Below, piece after piece: positions 26,128 to 32,000 of a DNA stretch of 32,000 bases. The notes under the pieces were generated by a model. That model was given only the letters and a program-made list of their open reading frames with translations, ran no database searches and was not told where the DNA came from. The stretch is taken from positions 90,001 through 122,000 of the forward strand of contig CAZYLT010000001.1 in the NCBI GenBank assembly GCA_964648855.1. Direction: 5' to 3'. The first letter of the stretch is position 1. Every line of letters starts with the position of its first letter. The position numbers were made by a program, and so were the translations under genes. Source of the DNA: an uncultured archaeon (GTDB lineage: Archaea > Asgardarchaeota > Thorarchaeia > Thorarchaeales > Thorarchaeaceae).

Positions 26128-26993
26128 TGGTGGAGATGGACGAACTAGAGGCGCCTCAAGAAATTCAATGGTGTCCTGGATGTGGAAACTTTGGCATCCT
26201 AAGGGCTTTGAAAAAGGCGATTGTAGAGATAGGCGCACCCATTCATGACTACTTCATAGTATCAGGAATCGGTCAGTCCGGAAAAGTGCCACATTTCATC
26301 AATTTGAATGGCTTCCATACGCTTCACGGAAGGCCGATACCTATTGCCACCGCAGCAGCATGTGCTAATCCTGACTTAAAGGTCATAGTGCATGCCGGAG
26401 ACGGAGATACACTGGGGGAGGGACTTGGGCATATGCTTCATGCTGCTAGAAGGAATGCCAATATTGCCTGTTTCATTCATAATAACGGAATCTACGGTCT
26501 GACTAAAGGTCAGTACTCACCAACAACACCTCACGGACAGATTACAAAGACCTCTCCAGCCCCAGTCGGTGTGCCAATGCATGCAGTAAACCCAATCGGG
26601 GCAGCTCTAATTGGGGGAGCTACCTTTGTTGCGAGAGGGTCTTCGGGTGATATTGACCAACTCAAAGAGCTGATGATTGGTGCTATCAAGCATGAAGGCT
26701 TTGCATTCGTTGAGATATTACAGCCTTGTGTGGTCTTCAACAAGGTTTGGACATGGGAGTTCTTCAATGAGCGAACCTACTCGCTGGAGAACGATGATTA
26801 TGATCCAACAGATAGGATCGCAGCCATAGAGAGGTCTTACGAGTGGGGAGAGAAGATTCCGACTGGATTGTTCTTCAAAGAAACAAAAGCCCCTTTGGAG
26901 CATGAGCTCTATACACCGGAGAAAAGCAGTTTGGTCAAGCACGAAACCGATAGAGGAGATTTGCAACAGCTTATAGATGAACTATGCCTTTGA
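26127..26993 (+). CDS. korB: 2-oxoacid:ferredoxin oxidoreductase beta subunit
   Basis: WCPGCG, LHGR, GDGD...NNGIYGLTKGQ TPP motif, QPCVVFN; TAATG coupling with korA. Confidence 0.93.
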   Translation: MVEMDELEAPQEIQWCPGCGNFGILRALKKAIVEIGAPIHDYFIVSGIGQSGKVPHFINLNGFHTLHGRPIPIATAAACANPDLKVIVHAGDGDTLGEGLGHMLHAARRNANIACFIHNNGIYGLTKGQYSPTTPHGQITKTSPAPVGVPMHAVNPIGAALIGGATFVARGSSGDIDQLKELMIGAIKHEGFAFVEILQPCVVFNKVWTWEFFNERTYSLENDDYDPTDRIAAIERSYEWGEKIPTGLFFKETKAPLEHELYTPEKSSLVKHETDRGDLQQLIDELCL

Positions 26994-27019
26994 TTAACCT
27001 GAACCAATGAGGTTGGGCA

Positions 27020-28411
27020 ATGACTGATAAGAAAAGGGTAGAAAAGGATGTTCTTGGCGAGGTAGAAGTTCCTGCTAGTGCATACTGGGGGATAAGCACT
27101 CAGAGAGCCATTAATAATTTCAGAATTAGCGGGAAAAAAATGCCTCAAGACTTCATCCTTGCGTTGGCACAGGTGAAAAAGGCATGCACCCTTGCTAACA
27201 TTAGCGAAGGCAATTTAGACCCTGAAATTGGTAACGCAATCCTGCAAGCCGTCGATGAAATTCTAGAAGAAAACAAAATGCTGGATCAGTTTCCCATTGA
27301 CATATACCAAACGGGGAGCGGGACTCAGACGAATATGAATATGAATGAGGTTCTTGCCAATAGAGCTAACCAAATCCTTGGGCATCCGTTGGGAAGGAAG
27401 GAACCGGTCCATCCAAATGACCATGTGAACATGGGACAGTCATCAAACGATGTTATACCGACGGCCATGCATTTGGCCGCCTTACGAGGTCTCAAAGATA
27501 AGGTATTTCCCGCAATAGGGAAGATTATTGAGGTTCTGGATGCCAAAATTAGCGAATTTGAAGGGATCATAAAAGTTGGGAGAACACACCTTCAGGACGC
27601 AGTTCCAATACCCCTCTCTTTAGAATTCAAGGTCTATCGTAAGCAACTATTGGCGAGCCTTTCATCTCTTGATGGCGCACGTCAGGAGCTACATTCAATT
27701 CCTATCGGAGGCACAGCACTTGGAACGGGGCTGAATGCACCAGAGGGGTTCGCGGAACAAACCACGAAATATTTGTCAGATAGTACTGGCATTCCCTTTA
27801 AGGTAAGCGAAAATCAAGCTGAGGGTATTGCATCACATAGTCGATTTGTCCTCCTGAGCTCTGGATTGAAGCAATTAGCCCTCTCACTTATGAAAATGGC
27901 AAACGACATTCGCTGGATGGGTAGCGGGCCACGTGCGGGCCTAGGAGAGCTTAAGCTCCCTCAAAATGAACCGGGCTCCAGTATTATGCCCGGGAAAATC
28001 AATCCAACACAATGCGAAGCACTCATTCAGGTCTGTATTCGAGTGATTGGAAATGACCATGTTATGACAATGAGCGAAGGCTATGGAAGCACTCTAGATT
28101 TGAATGTAGCAAAGCCTTTGATTGCAGTGACTATTCTCGATTCTTTGAACATTCTTACTGGAGGTATTCGCTCATTTTCCCAGAATTTGTTGGCGGATCT
28201 AAAGGCGGATTCTAAGAAAATCGAGCAGCAAGTTGAACGCAGTCTTATGATTGTCACTAGGTTGTCCCCTGTTGTCGGATATGATGTTGCAAGTAGAATT
28301 GCACGACATGCTCAGAAGAACGAACTCACAATACGAGAAGCAATCGAAGATTTGGGCATCGATATAGGCCAGAACATTGATGAGATTCTTGATCCAAGTA
28401 AGATGGTTTGA
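27020..28411 (+). CDS. fumC: Class II fumarate hydratase
   Basis: QTGSGTQTNMNMNE, HPNDHVN, GRTHLQDA, GSSIMPGKINPTQCE signature. Confidence 0.93.
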   Translation: MTDKKRVEKDVLGEVEVPASAYWGISTQRAINNFRISGKKMPQDFILALAQVKKACTLANISEGNLDPEIGNAILQAVDEILEENKMLDQFPIDIYQTGSGTQTNMNMNEVLANRANQILGHPLGRKEPVHPNDHVNMGQSSNDVIPTAMHLAALRGLKDKVFPAIGKIIEVLDAKISEFEGIIKVGRTHLQDAVPIPLSLEFKVYRKQLLASLSSLDGARQELHSIPIGGTALGTGLNAPEGFAEQTTKYLSDSTGIPFKVSENQAEGIASHSRFVLLSSGLKQLALSLMKMANDIRWMGSGPRAGLGELKLPQNEPGSSIMPGKINPTQCEALIQVCIRVIGNDHVMTMSEGYGSTLDLNVAKPLIAVTILDSLNILTGGIRSFSQNLLADLKADSKKIEQQVERSLMIVTRLSPVVGYDVASRIARHAQKNELTIREAIEDLGIDIGQNIDEILDPSKMV

Positions 28412-28616
28412 CTGAGATAATATAGATGGACCCCACTTGAATGACATAGCGAGGAGAAGAGAGAACCGGCGCAGGAGATTAATAAAGTGTGGAAACTCTA
28501 TATTGAGAGGAAATAATGCCTGTTGTGAGATAGTTCATGAAGAAATGATTCATAACTGCTTGTGTACATTTGAAGTATGGTTCCAAGGTTGAGAGAGCTC
28601 CCAGGAGAGTTCAATT

Positions 28617-30296
28617 ATGACATTCAAGCATGATGTGCTAGTGATCGGGGCAGGACTATCAGGATTAAGAACAGCTATTGAGCTTGCAGATAGTCATGAT
28701 GTGGCGATTCTCTCAAAGGTATATCCTGTTAGGTCTCATTCTGTTGCTGCACAGGGAGGAATCAATGCAGCGTTGAGCGATGATGATTCTTGGGAGTCAC
28801 ACGCATTTGACACCGTAAAGGGAGCAGATTATCTAGCAGACCAAAATGTTGCCGAGATTCTTGCTAAAGAAGCTCCCAGAGCAGTAATAGAAAATGAACA
28901 GTGGGGAACAGCGTTCTCCCGAACTGATGACGGCAATATTGCTCAGAGACCTTTTGGAGGAGCAATGCATCCAAGAACATGCTACGCGGCGGACCGAACG
29001 GGTCATAATCTCCTGCATACTACCTTTGAACAATCACTAAGGCTCGGAATAAAGAGATATGATGAATTCTTTGTTACATCATTGGTTACCAGCGAGAATG
29101 GCATTTTAGGAGTGACTGCATTAGAAATTGCAACAGGTGAGATACATGGCTTCATGGCAAAGGCTGTTGTACTTGCTACGGGCGGATTCGGGAGAGTGTA
29201 CGGAAAGTCAACTAATGCACTCATCAATACTGGCGATGGCTGCAGTCTGGCGCTTAGGGCAGGTGTTGCGCTCAAAGATATGGAGTTTGTGCAGTTCCAT
29301 CCTACCACTTTGTGGGGCACAAATATTCTCATTACAGAGGGCGCACGAGGAGAAGGGGGTTATCTGCTCAACAAGAATGATGAGAGATTCATGGTGGACT
29401 ATGCATCTGAACAAATGGAGCTTGCACCCCGTGACATAGTCGCAAGGGCAATCCGAACAGAGATTATTGAAGGGAGAGCAATAGAGGACGAATATGTTCG
29501 TCTGGACCTGAAGCATCTTGGTAAAGAAAAAATTATGACCAGATTGCCGGGTATTCGGGACATTTCAATGTATTTTGCAGGTGTGGATCCAATTGAGGCT
29601 CCGATACCTGTACAGCCAGGTCAGCATTATTCTATGGGGGGAATAGATTGCAATGAAAATGGGGAGACATCTCTTGAGGGCCTCTTCGCTGTTGGCGAAA
29701 CCTCTTGTATGAGTGTGCACGGTGCTAATCGCCTTGGAGGAAACTCACTTTTAGAAACACTTGTCTTTGGACGTCTAGTGGGAGAATCTGTTCGAAAGTA
29801 CGTGGGGGACGTATCGTATGCGGACATCAAAGCCATAGAAGACGCCACATTCCAAGAGAGGGAGAGACTCCAGAAACTGATTTTCAATGAATTGGGAGAG
29901 TCTACAGCTGAAATAAGAGAAGAGCTCAATAAGACAATGGACGAGCTCGTGGGAGTATTTCGCGAGGAAAAGGAGCTAAAGGCTGCATTAGATGCAATTA
30001 GGGGTTTGCAGAAGAGGTATGAAAACGTTGCCGTAGGTGAGAGTGATGAAAGATTCAATTTCGCACTCATCCGGGCATTAGAACTCGGCAGCATGCTGGA
30101 TTTGGCAGAAGCGATTGCGTTGGGAGCGCTAAGACGAACAGAGAGCAGAGGGGCACATTGGAGAGTAGATTATCCAGAGAGAAATGACAGTGAATTTCTA
30201 AAGCATACGATTGTGAAAAGAAGAAAGGGCGAGCTGGAACTGGACTATTCCGACGTTAATCTGGGCCAATTTGAAGTGAAGGAGAGGACATATTGA
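28617..30296 (+). CDS. sdhA: Succinate dehydrogenase/fumarate reductase flavoprotein
   Basis: RSHSVAAQGG (FAD-binding His), QFHPT, TEGARGEGG, HYSMGG, HGANRLGGNSL, ESRGAH. Confidence 0.95.
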   Translation: MTFKHDVLVIGAGLSGLRTAIELADSHDVAILSKVYPVRSHSVAAQGGINAALSDDDSWESHAFDTVKGADYLADQNVAEILAKEAPRAVIENEQWGTAFSRTDDGNIAQRPFGGAMHPRTCYAADRTGHNLLHTTFEQSLRLGIKRYDEFFVTSLVTSENGILGVTALEIATGEIHGFMAKAVVLATGGFGRVYGKSTNALINTGDGCSLALRAGVALKDMEFVQFHPTTLWGTNILITEGARGEGGYLLNKNDERFMVDYASEQMELAPRDIVARAIRTEIIEGRAIEDEYVRLDLKHLGKEKIMTRLPGIRDISMYFAGVDPIEAPIPVQPGQHYSMGGIDCNENGETSLEGLFAVGETSCMSVHGANRLGGNSLLETLVFGRLVGESVRKYVGDVSYADIKAIEDATFQERERLQKLIFNELGESTAEIREELNKTMDELVGVFREEKELKAALDAIRGLQKRYENVAVGESDERFNFALIRALELGSMLDLAEAIALGALRRTESRGAHWRVDYPERNDSEFLKHTIVKRRKGELELDYSDVNLGQFEVKERTY

Positions 30297-31042
30297 TGCT
30301 GTTGAGAATAGGAAGAAGCCGAGAAGGTGGAGATATCACTCATTACGACTTGTATAAGGTGCAAGATAGGCCTGGCATGACAGTCCTTGACGCTCTCTTC
30401 CAAATTCAAGACAAAATGGACCCGTCTCTTGCATTTCGATACTCCTGTAGAGGAGCTGTCTGTGGTAGTTGTGCTATGCTAATCGATAAAGAACCCCGAC
30501 TGGCGTGCAAGACACAGATTTCGAGAGTAAAGGAACTCAATCAAAGACTGACTGATTTTCCTGCTCTGACAAGCCATCCAAAAGGCTGGAATCCAGACGA
30601 AGAAATTCTTGTTGAACCGCTTCCAAACTTCCCTATTCTAAAGGACCTTGTCGTTAATCTGACGAAGTTCTACGATGCCCTCGAGAAAATGAAACTATGG
30701 GCGACACCAGCCAAGGGAGAAGAACCCAGAATGCAGATGCCTTCTGAGCGGAAGGAGATTGAGAGATATCTTCAGTGTATAGTATGTGCTCTTTGTTTTG
30801 GCTCATGTCCAGTGAATGCAGAAGAGGAGGAGTATCTTGGTCCCGCAGCCTTGGCAAAGGCATGGAGATTTGCTGAGGATACCAGAAACCGCAATAGAGA
30901 ACGCTATATCGATGCAGCAGCCAGCAATAATGGGGCAGCAATGTGCGAGCTCATTATGAACTGCGTAAGGGCATGCCCAAAGGGCGTTGCACCGGGTGGA
31001 GCAATCAGGAAAATAAAGAAAGAACTTGGACAGATAGATTAG
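30296..31042 (+). CDS. sdhB: Succinate dehydrogenase/fumarate reductase iron-sulfur subunit
   Basis: SCRGAVCGSC...LAC [2Fe-2S], CIVCALCFGSCP [4Fe-4S], CELIMNCVRACP [3Fe-4S]; TGATG overlap with sdhA. Confidence 0.95.
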   Translation: MLLRIGRSREGGDITHYDLYKVQDRPGMTVLDALFQIQDKMDPSLAFRYSCRGAVCGSCAMLIDKEPRLACKTQISRVKELNQRLTDFPALTSHPKGWNPDEEILVEPLPNFPILKDLVVNLTKFYDALEKMKLWATPAKGEEPRMQMPSERKEIERYLQCIVCALCFGSCPVNAEEEEYLGPAALAKAWRFAEDTRNRNRERYIDAAASNNGAAMCELIMNCVRACPKGVAPGGAIRKIKKELGQID

Positions 31043-31053
31043 CTATTCCAAGG

Positions 31054-31542
31054 TCAATTCTCAATTGTATCCTTTGCTCTGCGGAGAGTCAAAGCGACCT
31101 GCCCGGCATGATGTACAGTATGGAATCCGGTCATAACGCGCATGATTGTTTCGATGGTTCCTTTCCTCAGTCGCGCTGGAGGCGGCAGCGTTGTAGTTTC
31201 ATCAATCCATTCATCTTCTAGAGAGTTGCATAATTGGCTGAACATATTATATGCAGAATTGATGTAGAAGACTAGCCGTTCATAGGCATTGGCATTGGGT
31301 GGCGCTCCAGGCTCCTCGAGCTCAATTCCATAATCCTCTGCTACCTTTGAACAGACAACTGAAACCGTCCATGAAACATGTTCAACGATTTCAGATACTG
31401 ACCTTCCTCCATCAGGAGGGTTCCAATTCAGAAGGTGAATTTCTTCATTCAATTGTGATAATAACCAGTTGCGCGCGCCCAGACCGAAGCGAAGCAAATT
31501 GCCTCTCTTTCCGTCGAGATGGTTTTCTTCTGACAAATTCAT
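31054..31542 (-). CDS. DinB/YfiT-family four-helix metalloprotein
   Basis: RSVSEIVEHV and HTVHHAGQV His triad; GGAGGT RBS (start 31542 or TTG 31536). Confidence 0.85.
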   Translation of the reverse strand: MNLSEENHLDGKRGNLLRFGLGARNWLLSQLNEEIHLLNWNPPDGGRSVSEIVEHVSWTVSVVCSKVAEDYGIELEEPGAPPNANAYERLVFYINSAYNMFSQLCNSLEDEWIDETTTLPPPARLRKGTIETIMRVMTGFHTVHHAGQVALTLRRAKDTIEN

Positions 31543-31592
31543 ACCTCCTTGCACATATACATGACCACAACAAGTTGAGTGTTTTTCTGTTT

Positions 31593-32000
31593 CTATTCAG
31601 GCGTTCTCCCCTTTGATGGATTCTCAAATGGCTTGAGAGAATCAGAATGCGCCAGTTTGATTACTTCCTCAAGGCTTTGGTCGGTATCAGGATAATCAAG
31701 AATTGTCACCAGCTCTCCCATTAGCAAACCGAAGGGTCCAGCGCCCATTTCTTTGGTCACCAGCATATCTGTACCGTGTTCTATGATTAATTCTGCAGTC
31801 TTAATGCCTCGTTTTGAGTCAGCTGAAAGCCCAGGATTTTCAATAGCGACAGGATTTTCCAATTTCTCATCGGAAACATCAATAAAGAGGATATAGGGTG
31901 CCCGGGCAAAATGAGGGCTTACCGACGATGAAAGACCATTATCTTCCGTAACCGGTACAGCAATTTTGCTTGCAACTTGACTTGCTGGATCCACATGTAT
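31593..32000 (-). CDS. C-terminal NifB/NifX (FeMo-cofactor-binding-like) domain, probably fused to a CDF cation transporter; 5' end outside the window
   Basis: KIAVPV, SPHFARAP, ENP, MGAGP. The frame stays open to the window edge and reads IHVDP, the typical end of a CDF dimerisation domain. Confidence 0.75.
   Translation of the reverse strand: MHVDPASQVASKIAVPVTEDNGLSSSVSPHFARAPYILFIDVSDEKLENPVAIENPGLSADSKRGIKTAELIIEHGTDMLVTKEMGAGPFGLLMGELVTILDYPDTDQSLEEVIKLAHSDSLKPFENPSKGRTPE

Noticed and set aside
3121-31627. Many 60-200 aa ORFs nested in or antisense to the called genes
   Set aside because: They overlap well-supported genes and lack motifs; treated as shadow ORFs.
31593-31994. Nitrogen fixation gene
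   Set aside because: NifX-like domains are widespread in non-diazotrophic archaea, and no nif genes are in the window.

Overview
Gene-dense archaeal chromosomal window. A group II chaperonin, the thiolase/HMG-CoA synthase/DUF35 mevalonate trio and a DUF359-type dephospho-CoA kinase show it is archaeal. The overall gene set suggests an Asgard archaeon (Thorarchaeia-like), but that assignment is inference only. Most genes are housekeeping or central metabolism: NfnAB transhydrogenase, Nnr, fused CoaD-DPCK, TrxR, thermosome, KorAB-FumC-SdhAB. The best candidate for an undescribed system is at the left end (1-5618). An SMC5/6-like ATPase that the ORF track missed sits in an apparent operon with a catalytically dead PAN/CDC48-type AAA+ protein. 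This pair is transcribed divergently from a Cys-insert MoxR ATPase and a HExxH-metallopeptidase/vWA partner. Other oddities: a HerA/FtsK-fold pseudo-ATPase downstream of a secreted, membrane-anchored prenyltransferase-repeat protein; a ubiquitin-like GG protein overlapping a glutaminase-dead asparagine-synthetase homologue; a stand-alone C2H2 zinc finger; and SdhAB with no adjacent membrane anchor. No rRNA, intact tRNA, CRISPR array or mobile element was seen. All calls come from reading motifs by eye; no searches were run.
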